From Heptranchias perlo (lineage: Eukaryota): a DNA stretch of 64,000 nt. Each line of letters starts with the position of its first letter. The first letter of the stretch is position 1. Below the pieces are notes generated by a model. The model was given only the letters and a program-made list of their open reading frames with translations, was not told the origin of the DNA and did no database searches. A program made the position numbers and the translations under genes. Location of the stretch: the NCBI RefSeq assembly GCF_035084215.1, contig NC_090337.1, positions 50,468,001 through 50,532,000 on the forward strand, given 5' to 3'. Of this stretch, positions 11,801-23,020 are shown one piece after another.

Positions 11801-14800
11801 TATAATAGAGAACAAAGCTGAATACAGAAAGTACACATTAGATCTAAAAAGGGAATCAGAGGGACAAAGAGAGAGTATGAGAATAGATTAGCAGCTAACA
11901 TAAAAGGGAACCCAAAAAGTCTTTTATAAACATATAAATAGTAATAGGGAAGTCAAAGGAAGGGTGGGGCCGATTAGGGTCAAAAAAGGAGATCTTCTTG
12001 TGGAGGCAGAGGGTATGGCTGAGGTACTAAATGAGTACTTCACAACGGTCTTCATTAGAGAAGAGGATGCTGCCAATGGAGGAGATAGTAGCGATATTGG
12101 AGAGGATAAAAATAGCGAGGTACTTAAAAGGTTGGCAGTACTCAAAGTAGAAAAGTCACCCAGTCTAGATGGGATGCATCCTAGGCTACTGAGGGAAGTA
12201 AGGGTGGAAATTGAGGAGGCTCTGGCCACAGTCTTCCAATCCTCCTCAGATATGGGGATGGTGCCGGAGGACTGGAGGATTGCAAATGTTACACCCCTGT
12301 TCAAAAAAAGGTAAAGGGATAAACCTGGCAATTACAGGCCAGTCAGCCTAGTGTCGGTGGTGGGGAAACTTTTAGACACAATAATCCAGGACAAAATTAA
12401 TTGGCACTTGGAAAAGTACGGGCTAATAAATGAAAGTCAGCACGGATTTGTTAAAGGAAAATCATGTTTCACTAACTTGATTGAGTTCTTTGATGAAGTA
12501 ACGGAGAGGGTTGATGAGGGTAGTGCGGTTGATGTGTATATGGACCTTCCAAAGGCATTTGATAAAATACCACATAATAGAATTCTTAGCAAAATTAAAG
12601 CCAATGGGATTAAAGGTACAGTGGCAGCGTCGATACAAAATTGGCTAAGGGACAGAAAGCAGAGAGTGGTGGTGAATGGCTGTTTTTCAGACTGGAGGAA
12701 AGTAGACAGTGGTGTTCCCCAGGGATCGGTGTTGGGACCACTGCTCTTACTGATATATATTGATGGCGTGGACTTGGGTATAGAGGATATAATTTCAAAG
12801 TTTGCAGATCTCATGAAACTCGGAAATGTAGTAAACAATGTAGAGAATAGTAGCAGACTTCAGGAGGACATAGACAGACTGGTGAAATGGACAGACACAT
12901 GGCAGATGAAATTTAATGCAGGGAAGTGTGAAGTGATACATTTTGGTAGGAAGAATGAGGAAAGGCAATATAAAATAAATGATACAATTTTAAAGGGAGT
13001 GCAGGAACTGAGAGACCTGGGGGTATATTTACACAAATCTTTAAAGGTGGCAGAACAAGTTGAGAAGACTGTTGAAAAAGCACGTGGGATACTTGGTTTT
13101 ATTAATACAGGCAGAGAGTACAAAAGCAAGGAAATTATGATAAACCTTTATAAAACACTGGTTAGGCCTCATTTGGAGTATTGTGTCCAATTCTGGGCAC
13201 CACACTTTTGGAAGGATGTCAAGGCCTTGAAGGTGCAGAAGAGGTTTACAAGAATGATTCCAGGGATGAGGGACTTCAGTTATGTTGAGAGACTGGAGAA
13301 TCTGGGGTTGTTCTCCTTAGAACAGAGAATTTTAAGGGCAGATTTGATAGAGGTGTTCAAAATCATGAACGGTTTTGCTAGAGTAAATAAGGAGTAACTG
13401 TTTCCAGTGGCAGAAGGATCGGTAGCCGGAGGACACAGATTTAAGGTGATCAGCAAAAGAAACAGAGGTGACACGAGGAAACATTTTTTTACGCAGTGAG
13501 TTGTAAGGATCTGGAATGCACTACCTGAAAGGGTGGTCGAAGCAGATTCAACTTTAACTTTCAAAAGGGAATTGGATAAATACTTGAAGAGAAAAAATTA
13601 CAGGGCTATGGGGAAAAGAGCAGGGGAATGGGACTAATTGGATAGCTCTTTCAAAGAGCCAGCACAGGCACGATGGACTGTACCATGCTATGATACTATC
13701 TTGCCTGAATCAACAGTGCTGATAGCCTTATTCTTCTATACCCGCACTCCATTCAGACCTTCAGAACTTTTTTTAATTCCTGTAATGACCCGTATTTATT
13801 GCTAACTAAAAAAATAAATTGCTGGGGCTGGATTACCCATTTGTATTCACAGTACTTTGCAGCAGCGAGTGTGGCAACCTTCTCTTCAAAATATTGCTGC
13901 TCATCATCAGTCAGCAGTGCATGTCTGCGAACCTCCACGTAGGACCATTCCTTGTTACACTTATTCTTTATAGCAGGACAGTGGAATGTGAAATGACCCT
14001 ACAACAGGAATTGAAAATTATATTGCAAAAATATCACTTTTAACAAATCACTAAAAAAAACACACCAAGCAAGAAATAAAACAGGAACGTGTACAAATGA
14101 ACTTCCGGACACACTGACCTGGTCTATTAGGCTCCGACACCAGCTAGTGAGTGAATTGGGGTCAACAGCGTGTCCACAGGACATTTCCACTCTCAGAACA
14201 TCTGGCTCATCATCTCCTGAAATGGACATCTCTCATTTGAATTATGACAAAGAAAGTCTACGGTTCAAAAAATATAATGCAAACGCTATCCACAAATTCT
14301 TTAACAGTCTTTTTCTTCAAACGAGTTGAAAACATGCTTGACAACCCATTTTCTTTCTTTGCTTACAAACACATAATGTAATTACTAACTACATCGAGTG
14401 TATCCTGGTGTGACTTGCACCATTATGAAAGTGCTCCATGTCTCTTTATCTCTCCAAAAATAAAGTATCCGAACACAATTTTAAATGAAGGCAATACCCC
14501 TCTAAAAAGAGATCAATATCACCTAAAATGAGTATCATTATAATCCTTCATCTTTTTGTCAGTAAGTTGAAAATACGTCACTTTGTCATTGGAAAAGTAA
14601 CAAACGCATCAAAGCGATATTTTGTATTATGTTGGAATTCGCCATCCAAAACCTGACTGGAGAAATAACAGTTATCAAACGCTAGAATTAGACTTTAGTG
14701 GTGTTAAAACGTCTCTTTATTTTCAAGCTGCCTTGTTACTGATGTGAACGGTTTGGTATTTTACCTGTGATCTCGTCCTTTCCCTTTACAAATTTCAAAG

Positions 14801-14846
14801 TACTGTCATTGGGATCGTAGCGCTTTTCTTCGACAGGATCCGTCAT
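5853..14846 (-). CDS. RBR (RING1-IBR-RING2)-type E3 ligase-like protein, 4 exons, 289 aa, degenerate RING1
   Basis: GT-AG exons with matching phases: 14846-14765 (MTDPVEEKRYDPNDSTLKFVKGKDEIT), 14216-14119 (GDDEPDVLRVEMSCGHAVDPNSLTSWCRSLIDQ), 13998-13837 (GHFTFHCPAIKNKCNKEWSYVEVRR...YCEYKW), 6380-5853 (CPECKSCVERKDLTNLSVRCRIC...FCWQCLKEW = IBR; RACPTCGLLLEHKAMCKYVICARCHVEFCFAC = RING2/Rcat). Total 870 nt, open. Confidence 0.9.
6782..7959 (+). pseudogene. Harbinger (HARBI1-like) DDE transposase, disrupted
   Basis: Fragments with motifs RCLRFTKEAITEIC, DCTHI..NRKGFHSLNV, WLLGDKGYP, VEHTIGLLKQRFRCLD, CCMLHN and an acidic tail; premature stop at 6929-6931 and frameshifts at about 7125-7440. Confidence 0.85.
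8157..10046 (-). pseudogene. Harbinger Myb/SANT-like (NAIF1-like) DNA-binding protein, spliced, probably disrupted
   Basis: RERAPRFSDDALMALVEGV...WVQCRKKFNDLTRVVK followed by a gtgagt donor; downstream coiled-coil/low-complexity exons at 8157-9220. Confidence 0.75.
11095..11520 (-). mobile_element. CR1 LINE 3' end (reverse)
   Basis: catagaatttacagcacagaaacaggcc tail plus RT C-terminal remnants. Confidence 0.7.
11540..13700 (+). mobile_element. 5'-truncated CR1 LINE (degenerate ORF2 reverse transcriptase)
   Basis: ORFs 11964-12314 and 12351-13397 contain VPEDWRIANVTPLFKK, QHGFVKGKSC, GVPQGSVLGP, FAD and LEYCVQFW; 3' ctatgatactat tail. Confidence 0.92.
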
Positions 14847-14939
14847 TCTGCTCCTCTGCCTCAGTCCCAGCAGACCTCGGCGGACAGTTCGGAACAACAC
14901 GGGATTTCTGAATAAAAACCCATCGGATTTAGATTGAGC

Positions 14940-15110
14940 AAAACCAATCGAATGAAAGGGCTCCCCACGGGCCAATCGCATCAAACCAATGGAAGGTGGG
15001 TGGGTGTTTGCTTCGTGGGGCGTGGCTATGTTAAAATCTCGTAAAGTTTCATTTTCCTTTTCTTCTGAGCACAATATGATTCCCGGAACGGTTGGCTGTA
15101 CCGGGAAATC
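14940..15110 (-). promoter_or_regulatory. RBR gene promoter: ISRE, GAS, CCAAT boxes, GC box
   Basis: AGTTTCATTTTC (GAAAATGAAACT on -) at 15045-15056; perfect GAS TTCCCGGAA at 15080-15088; near-GAS TACCGGGAA at about 15099-15107; three CCAAT at about 14943-14990; GGGGCGTGGC at about 15017-15026; 100-260 nt upstream of the ATG at 14846. Confidence 0.75.
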
Positions 15111-15218
15111 TTTCATCCTCTATTCGTGTTTCTAATGAAGTCGCGAATGTGTTATTTATAATCATTTTTATTATTGTTACAAATATCCAACGGAGGAAAT
15201 CTTTTGCCAGTGAAGGTA

Positions 15219-15470
15219 ATGTGGCTTTCCAACTCTGTGCCCATTCTTTCCAGTGGCTTCCCAACTCTGCCCCCATCCCTCCCAGTGGCTTCCCAACTCT
15301 GCACCCATCCCTCCCAGTGGCTTCCCAACTCTGCGCCCATCCCTCCCAGTGGCTTCCCAACTTTGCGCCCATCCCTCCCAGTGGCTTCCCAACTCTGCAC
15401 CCATCCCTCCCAGTGGCTTCCCAACTCTGCGCCCATCCCTCCCAGTGGCTTCCCAACTCTATGCCCACCT
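15219..15470. repeat. 32-bp minisatellite (about 7.8 copies), unit CAGTGGCTTCCCAACTCTGCGCCCATCCCTCC
   Basis: Units start at 15251, 15283, 15315, 15347, 15379, 15411 and 15443 (partial), plus a degenerate copy at about 15219; no spacers. Confidence 0.95.
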
Positions 15471-15489
15471 CTACCAAAATTCCCAGAGT

Positions 15490-16887
15490 GATCGGTTAGC
15501 CTATCATCAGTAGTAGAGAAAATGCTAGATTCTATTATAAAGGATGTGATATCAGGACACTTAGAAAATATCAATGGGGTTAGACAAAGCCAATATGGAT
15601 TTATGAAAGGGAAATCATGTTTGACAAACTTACTGGAGTTTTTTGAGGATGTAACTGGTAGAATAGATAAGGGAGAACCAGTGGATGTGGTTTATTTGGA
15701 TTTTCAGAAGGCCTTTGATAAAGTCCCACATAAGAAGTTAGTGTGCAAAATTAAAGCACAAGGGATTGGGGGTAATATACTGGCATGGATTGAAAATTAG
15801 TTAACAGATAGGAAACAGAGGGTAGGAATAAATGGGTCTTTTTCGGAGTGGCAAGCAGTGACTAGTGGGGTACCGCAGGGATCAGCGCTTGGGCCCCAGC
15901 TATTCACAATATATATCAATGATTTGGATGAGGGAACCAAATGTAATATTTCCAAGTTTGCTGATGACACAAATCTAGGTGGGATTGGGAGTTGTGAGGA
16001 GGATGCAAAGAGACTTCAAGGAGATTTAGACAAGTTGAGTGAGTGGGCAAATACATGGCAGATGCAGTATAACATGGATAAATGTGAAGTTGTCCACTTT
16101 GGAAGGAAAAACAGAAAGGCAGAGTATTATTTAAATGGTGATAGATTGGGAAATGTTGATGTACAAAGGGACCTGGGTGTCCTTGAACACCAGTCACTGA
16201 AAGCAAACATGCAGGTGCAGCAAGCAGTTAGGAAGACAAATGGTATGTTGGCCTTCATTGCAAGAGGATTTGAGTACAGGAGCAACGATGTCTTACTGCA
16301 GTTACACAGAGCCTTGATGATACCACACCTGGAGTATTGTGTACAGTTTTGGTCGCCTTGCCTAAAAAAGGATGTACTTGGCATAGAGGGAGTGCAGCAA
16401 AGGTTCACCAGATTGATTCCTGGGATGGCAGGACTGTTGTATGAGGAGAGATTGGGTCGACTAGGCCTGCATTCACTTGAGTTTAGAAGAATGAGAGGGG
16501 ATCTCATTGAAACGTATAACATTCTGACAGGGCTAGACAGACTGAATGCAGGGAGGATGTTTCCCCTGGCTGGGGTGTCTGGAACGAGGGGTCACAGTCT
16601 CAGGTTACGGGGTAGGACATTTAGGACTGAGATGAGAAGAAATTTCTTCACTCAGACGGTGGTGAACCTGTGGAATTCTCTACCACAGAAGGCTGAGGAG
16701 GCCAAGTCACAGAATATATTTAAGAAGGAGCTAGATAGATTTCTAGACACAGAAGGCATCAAGGGGAATGGGGACAGAGCGGGAATTTGGTATTGAGATA
16801 GGGGATCAGCCATGATCATATTGAATGGCGGAGCAGGCTCGAAAGGCCGAATGGTCTACTCCTGCTCCTATTTTCTATGTTTCTATG
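15490..16887 (+). mobile_element. 5'-truncated CR1 LINE
   Basis: RT ORFs 15522-15800 and 15858-16796 (YLDFQKAFDKV, FADD) split by one stop; 3' ttctatgtttctatg. Confidence 0.92.
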
Positions 16888-18311
16888 AACTAAATCTTGC
16901 TCACAGCATTGAAACCACCCTAGTCAAAGTCACAAATTGACACAGTCTGTGACTGCAACCATAGTGTGTTATACATCCTTGTTCTCCTTGACCTCTCTGT
17001 GGCATTCCATACAATCAGCCATGCCCATCCTCCTCCATTGTCTCTCTGTTGTGCAGCTCCGAGGGATTATATTTGCATGGTTCTGCTCCTACCTGTTGCA
17101 ACACAGCCAGAGCTTTTCTGCCAATGTTTTCACTTCCTGATCCCACGCAATGGGGGTAATTTTCACCCTCACCATTTGCGCAGTAAACCAGCAGAGTGGA
17201 CCTCCTGCCTGCTATAGAACTCACCCGATTTCCATTGCATAACTTCGACAGGAATATGGCCGGTTACTATATTTCTTGTAATCTATTTGTATATTACCCA
17301 TACAATTCAGTCTCTAGCAATAACCTGGAAAGTCCCTGATTTAATTCCTGGCCTATGCTGAGTTAGTGGATCTCAGTGAAGACAGTCATAAATATGATAT
17401 AATTGGCCCTCAGGCAGGGAATGGTAAAATGGGATAAGGTTCTCCCTTCTGTTCGGTTTCCAGTAAACCCCGCTGTAAGCTAAAACCGTATGGATATTTG
17501 GTGATGGTAGAATTGGACTCAGCTGTGATGTTCCACCTGCTGGCATTCTTTGTCCAGACCCCATGCATGAATCAACACCATCAGAGGATGACGGGAGAAA
17601 CTTGATCACTCCTTATTGTCCCTGCTGTATTACTGAACCAACTGGAAGTGTTTCAGTAATTGTTTCCCTTGGCACTGAATCGTCCTTCCTATGTTGTGAG
17701 CTGCTTTCAACTAGATACCTCCATATGTGCAGTTGCTCCAAGTTGTGAACAGAAATGAAGGTCCAAGTGGAAGAGGCTTTCCATGGAGTGGAATGCATGA
17801 GTAGAGGACTAAAATGCAACAGAGGAACTGAGTGTAGCCAAGGCAGTGGGACAGACAGGGGACTGAAATGAGCCGATGATCAATAAGATTTTAATCCCTT
17901 ATTTGCCAGCTGAAATTTTTTTTTAAGAAATTAATTAAAATTTCTTCCAGTAATAGTCAGAAGCTTAAACTCATTTATGTTTCAGGATTTTCACTCTATT
18001 TTTCTCAGGTTCAACATCTCAGAGTAATCCCACAGATGATCCCTCACTCCCTATGATCCAGAGTGTACTTTCACATGCCCAGTATCTGGGTAATTTGTAG
18101 CATGCCCAGGGAACGAACAGAAACCCCTTATTATTTGTTACTGTGGTTTAGGCCACAACTGCCAGATTAATTAAACAATAAATGGATAAGTAAATAGAGC
18201 CATGTTGCACTGTACATTTATAGTAGGGTACAGGCTTAGCTGTACCTTCTTGGGAGATAGAGATAAACAGTTATGTCTACTAAATTGCGATGTAAACTGG
18301 ACCGGACACAA

Positions 18312-19190
18312 GGGGCAGAATTTTAACAGTGAAAAACGGGTGGGTTGGGGGCAGGGAGGCATTGAAAATCGCAACAATTTCAGACCGGCCCCCAACCCAC
18401 CCCCAACCTGCCTCCAACCCACCCATTTCCGGTTTCACCAGGGCGGGACGAGGGGCGGACAACCAACCCGCTCCCAGGAGGTGGGTTGGTCACTAAAACC
18501 TTTCAAGGAGGCTGCGGGCTTCTATTTTGAAAGGTTTTGAGATTTCAACCCCTGGGTGCCAGGATTCCCGGGCCTTCTCCTCCACGCCACACGAAAGGAG
18601 GCGAGAAGGCCTGAAGCTGCAGGTAAGTGCCTTTCTGGCACAGCCTGTAGGATGTGGAGTGCTTCCCCTAGGCGCAACAAGCTTCCTGCAGTGTTCCCCC
18701 AGTGATTGCGGACCCCCTCCCCAATCTCCGCTCCTCCCCTCAATGATCGCAGCCCCCGCGATGACCTCCAATCCCGACCCCCAATGACCGCAGACCCCCA
18801 TGATGACCCCTGATCTCGGCCCTCCCTTCAGTGACTGACTCCTGATCCCTTCCCCTATGACTGTCTCCCCCCTGTGACCCCCATGCGCACCAGTGCCACC
18901 TGCCCACCGGTGCCCCCACGCCCACCAGTGCCCCATGCCCATCAGTGCCCCCTGCCTATCAATGCCCCCAGGTGCCCACCCATGCCCCCTTATCTATCCA
19001 TGCCCCCATTGCCTCCCCCATCCATACAATCAAAGAATTACCTGAAGACTTACCTTTTCACATACTCTTCCTATCTCTGCTCCCGTCTGATTGAGGTCAG
19101 CCTATCAATCAGGTCAGCCAGTAAACCGACAAAGAAAAAGATGTCCTTATGTCAAAATCATAAGGACGTCCGGGAAACCTGTAATTTTAT
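18312..19190 (+). mobile_element. Non-autonomous Harbinger-type element (same family as 1500-2390)
   Basis: Begins GGGGCAGAATTTT; homologous to the reverse complement of 1500-2390. Confidence 0.6.
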
Positions 19191-20081
19191 GAGACCTGCA
19201 CCACCATGGAGACCTCTCATAGAGGTTTATGAGAAAATCATGGGGTCACTGTCTGTGATTTTCCTTCCATTGACATTAAAGGCTGGAAAATCATGGGCAA
19301 TGCAGTCACAAATTTCCAATAAGCTACATACTGTGTGTGAGACACTGTTGGTGATGCCCCCTATCTCTCAGTGCTTTTTGAAATTATATGCTTGTGAATT
19401 GTAGGTTTCCACCTCTAATTCAAAGATATTTTTCGCACTAAAAACATTTCAATTATCCAATAATTTGAATTAAACAATGTAAATAAGATAGGAAAGTAGG
19501 AATTTAACGCTAAAAAACTGAATTGTCTGATAAGTTGAATTGTGTGACTTTGAATTAAGAGTAGACTGTAATTTTGCCCCACCATCCTTGAGCTTATGAT
19601 ATTAAACGCTCATTGTTGCTCATCATTCTAGCTATAGCTACACATTTCCCACGTTACACTTCTGCTCATTCCCTGATGCTGAGAGGAAAGTGCTGCAGGC
19701 CATTAATATGTGTATATCATTGTTTGGACAAGTCAAGACATCAGCCTACCCACAACCAACATTATTGGACTCAATAGTAGGCACCACTAGTGGCAACAGT
19801 TTACCTTTACCACCGGCTGCACTTTCCCTTCTGAAAGAACGAAACCATCTTGCGATGTACAATTTATGCTGCTTCATTTATATTGCAATGCTACCACTGA
19901 AGTCATGGCTGCCCCTAGAGGTAGCTCCATAATATAAATGGGGTATAATAAAGCATACAAGCCGTCAGATACATACAAGTCTCGTTGTTACAATGTAAAA
20001 AAAAGGGAAATTGTAAATACTGTAAGTATGAAATAAAAACAGAAAATGTTCAAAAAACATAGCAAGCCAGTCAGCATCTGT

Positions 20082-20456
20082 AGAAAGACTTGCATTTATA
20101 TCGCACCTTTCACGACCTCAGGACGTCTCAAAGTGCTTTACAGACAATGAAGAACTTTTGAAGCGTAGTCACTGTTGTAATGTAGGAAACGTAGCTGCCA
20201 AATTGCTCACAGCAAGGTCCCACAAACAGCAATGTGATAATGACCAGGTAATCTGCATTTTAGAAATGTTGGTTGAGGGATGAATATTGGCCAAGGCACC
20301 GGGTAGAACTCCCCTGCTCTTCTTTGAAACAGTGCCATGGGAACTTTTACGACCATCTGAGAGGGCAGAAGGGGCCTCGGTTTAGCATCTCATCTGAAAG
20401 TCAGTACTTCCAACAGTGCAACACTCCCTCAGTGCTGCACTGGATTGTCAGCCTAG
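20082..20456 (-). mobile_element. Deu-type tRNA-derived SINE with L2-like tail (SacSINE1-like), inside Penelope-related inverted termini (about 20030-20085 and 20540-20595)
   Basis: aagacttgcatttata...cacaaacagcaatg core shared with 20690-21110, 34822-35270 and 61945-62405. Confidence 0.65.
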
Positions 20457-20689
20457 CTATTACATGTGTGTATCCTTCGTCAGAATAGTTCCATGAAGAG
20501 TTACACACTTGAAAAAACATTAACCTGTCTTTTTTCTTTGCAGATGCTGACTGACCTGCTGTTCATTTCCAGCGTTTTCCTGTTTTTTTATTTCTTGTTA
20601 CATACTGCTTGAGACCAGTAAGTAAATTCTCATCAGTGGTTCATCTGAAAGAGGTTTGTGATCCTATACTGTATCGGAACTTCAACTGG

Positions 20690-21110
20690 GAACACCTTTC
20701 CCGTCCTCACTGATATCCCAAAGCAATTTACAGTCAATTAATTATTTTAAAGTGTAGTTACAATTGTTATATATGCAAATTCAGCAGCCAAATTGCATAC
20801 AGCATGATCCCACAAACAGCAGTGAGCTAAAATAACCTGTTAATCTGCTTTGGTGGTGTTGGTTGAGGGATAAATGCTGGCCAGGATACCAAAAGGACTC
20901 CTTTGCTCTTCTTTGATTAGTGCCATTGGATCTTTTACGTCCACCAGAACAGGCAGATGGGGGGCTTCAGATTAACATCTCATACAAAAAAAGAGCCTCC
21001 AATAAATGCAGCACTGGCTCAGCAGGGCAGATTAAGCCTATATTATGTGCTGAAGTCCCTTTATTGAAGCTTGAATCCTTCTGAGTCAAAGGGTTATCAC
21101 TGAGCCAAGA
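20690..21110 (-). mobile_element. Deu-type SINE copy (diverged)
   Basis: Homologous to 20082-20456. Confidence 0.55.
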
Positions 21111-21529
21111 CTGTGGTAAGGAAAAAGTGAACAAACTACAGAATCAACAAGTGTTGAATGTGGAACCCCGCATTTTGCACTCAATGTGTACTGCCATCAG
21201 CAGAGTAATGGAGAGAATCAACTGTGGAGGGGGGAGGAAACAGATTTTAAGACGAAAGATACCCATCAGTTTGAAATGTATCCTCGAAAATCTATTCAAA
21301 AATATACACAAATTGCAAAAAGACGAGCACATCAACAACAGTGCCAGCTGAATGTTTTAATTTCTATTCACTGTAACACTTAGACAGATAGTACCAGAGC
21401 TTTCCAGACATCAATGCCAGTAATGTTTCGGAAACCGTTCGTTCTAAGAAAATAACAAAATAAACAGCGAACATTCATTCGCTCTGTAACTTGTATCTGA
21501 TCTGGAGCCGCCGCTATTTCCTCTGCCTG

Positions 21530-21883
21530 TCAGCTGCTCCCTCCTTGTAGCACGATCAGGATGGTCGATTTGTTTGTAATCCCGTTATCAAACAGTTTAT
21601 CCGTATCCCTCAGTTGCCGATTAGCAAACAGCGCTCGCATCTTTTCTTCTCTGGCTGTTGAAAGAGTTGTAACATCATTTAATAAACTGAATAAAAGTAT
21701 TGAAACAACTTGCTCCCGATCTGAATGCGCGGATACATTACCCGCGTTCGCTGGTAACTTGGCTATCAGTTTCCTCTTAATTTGTAGCGCAGTCGTTGCG
21801 TTAAACTCGTATTCCGAGTTGGCGACTTCGACCGGGATTGTTTTTCCTTCGATCCCACGTACGAACACTTGATACATCGTCAT
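21530..21883 (-). CDS. Single-domain ubiquitin-like protein (Ubl-A), 88 aa, C-terminus ...STILIVLQGGSS
   Basis: Exon 21883-21742, 87-nt phase-1 intron (gtaatg...caacag, 21741-21655), exon 21654-21530. Protein MTMYQVFVRGIEGKTIPVEVANSEYEFNATTALQIKRKLIAKLPANAAREEKMRALFANRQLRDTDKLFDNGITNKSTILIVLQGGSS aligns to ubiquitin motifs (QIFVKTLTGKTITLEV; RLIFAGKQLED; GIQKESTLHLVL). Confidence 0.85.
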   Translation of the reverse strand: MTMYQVFVRGIEGKTIPVEVANSEYEFNATTALQIKRKLIAKLPANAGNVSAHSDREQVVSILLFSLLNDVTTLSTAREEKMRALFANRQLRDTDKLFDNGITNKSTILIVLQGGSS

Positions 21884-21966
21884 CTTCACTACTCTGTCCT
21901 GGTCACTATTGTTGCTGTTGCTCAGCCCAGCTCCAAGTCTAGTGAATTTCTCTAGAGACAAGATTT

Positions 21967-22031
21967 AGTTTCACTTTGACTCCAGGTCAAAGGAAGGGAA
22001 ACAGTTTCACTCTGGATGGTATTTTTCACTT
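21967..22031 (-). promoter_or_regulatory. ISRE/IRF-E cluster upstream of Ubl-A
   Basis: AGTTTCACTTTG at 21967-21978, AGTTTCACTC at 22003-22012, TTTTTCACTTC at about 22022-22032; 85-150 nt upstream of the ATG. Confidence 0.7.
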
Positions 22032-22124
22032 CATGATAAAGAATAGTTTAAATTTCCTATAATCATTTTAGTTATTATTGCTATCATTGCACTAAAGTCA
22101 GTTGTGCTTTTGTAAGACTGGGTG

Positions 22125-22425
22125 TGAAGGGAGTCGAAAACAAGGAGGCATAACCTTAAAATGAGAGCTAGGCCATTCAGGGGTGATGTCAGGAAACACT
22201 TCCTCACACAAAGGGTAGTGGAAATCTGGAACTCTCTCCCCTGAAAAGCTGTTGAGACTAGGCCAATTGAAAATTTCAAATCTGAGATTGATAGATTTTT
22301 GTTAGACAAGTGTATTAAGGGATACGGAACCAAGACGGGTTGAGATACAGATCAGCCATGATCTAATTGAATGGTGCAAGAGGCTGGAGGGGCTGAATGG
22401 CCTACTCATCTTCCTATGTTTCTAG
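22125..22425 (+). mobile_element. CR1 LINE 3' fragment
   Basis: RKHFLTQRVVEIWNSLP-like motif and ttcctatgtt tail. Confidence 0.7.
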
Positions 22426-22489
22426 GTTATGGGATAAAAGAAGGCAACAAAACTTAAGGTCTACAAGGCAAAATTATAACATCCTCACT

Positions 22490-22550
22490 ATATGTGTGTG
22501 TGATAGCTGGACCACTTACAGTCGTCACATCAGAAAACTCATATCATTTT

Positions 22551-22583
<33 letters not shown>

Positions 22584-23020
22584 TGATGGTGGTACAAGAT
22601 TCCAGACACTGAAGAGGTCCTCAGAAAAGAAAATATGCCAGGAATAGAGGCAATAATAGTAATGGTGCAACAAAATTGGGCTGGTCACTTAGTCAGAATG
22701 CCTGATACTAGACTACCCAAGAAGCTATTCTACGGTGAGCTGAAGTTTGGTAAATGCTCTCATGGTGGTCAGTTCATAAGATACAAAGATTGCCAAAAGA
22801 CCAATCTAAAAAAAGGTGGCATCTCAACTGACACATGGAAGCATAATGCTTGTGACAGGAAAAAGTATCAAGTCGTATCCAGCTAGCCGAAGAGCCAAAG
22901 GAAATCAAGGAAATATCAGCCCTCAATCTGATATCTGATGTGTGTGTGGGAAAATATACCTCCCTAAAATCGGACTTTACAATCATATGTAAATCCAGAA
23001 CCTGTATAAATTGGAGATGG
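22490..23020 (+). mobile_element. RTE-clade (BovB-like) LINE 3' fragment
   Basis: WAGHLVRMPDTRLPKKLFYGEL...GGQ..RYKD motif typical of the RTE RT C-terminus. Confidence 0.75.

Noticed and set aside
15219-15470. 32-bp repeats as a CRISPR array, or as coding repeats (ORFs 15049-15574)
   Set aside because: Units are directly contiguous with no unique spacers, the context is eukaryotic and there are no cas genes; the ORFs are by-products of a stop-poor minisatellite
21530-21961. Ubl-A or Ubl-B called as ISG15, NEDD8 or ubiquitin; the 143-aa ORF taken at face value
   Set aside because: Single domain, no LRLRGG, low similarity; the ORF uses a non-ATG start and includes an 87-nt intron
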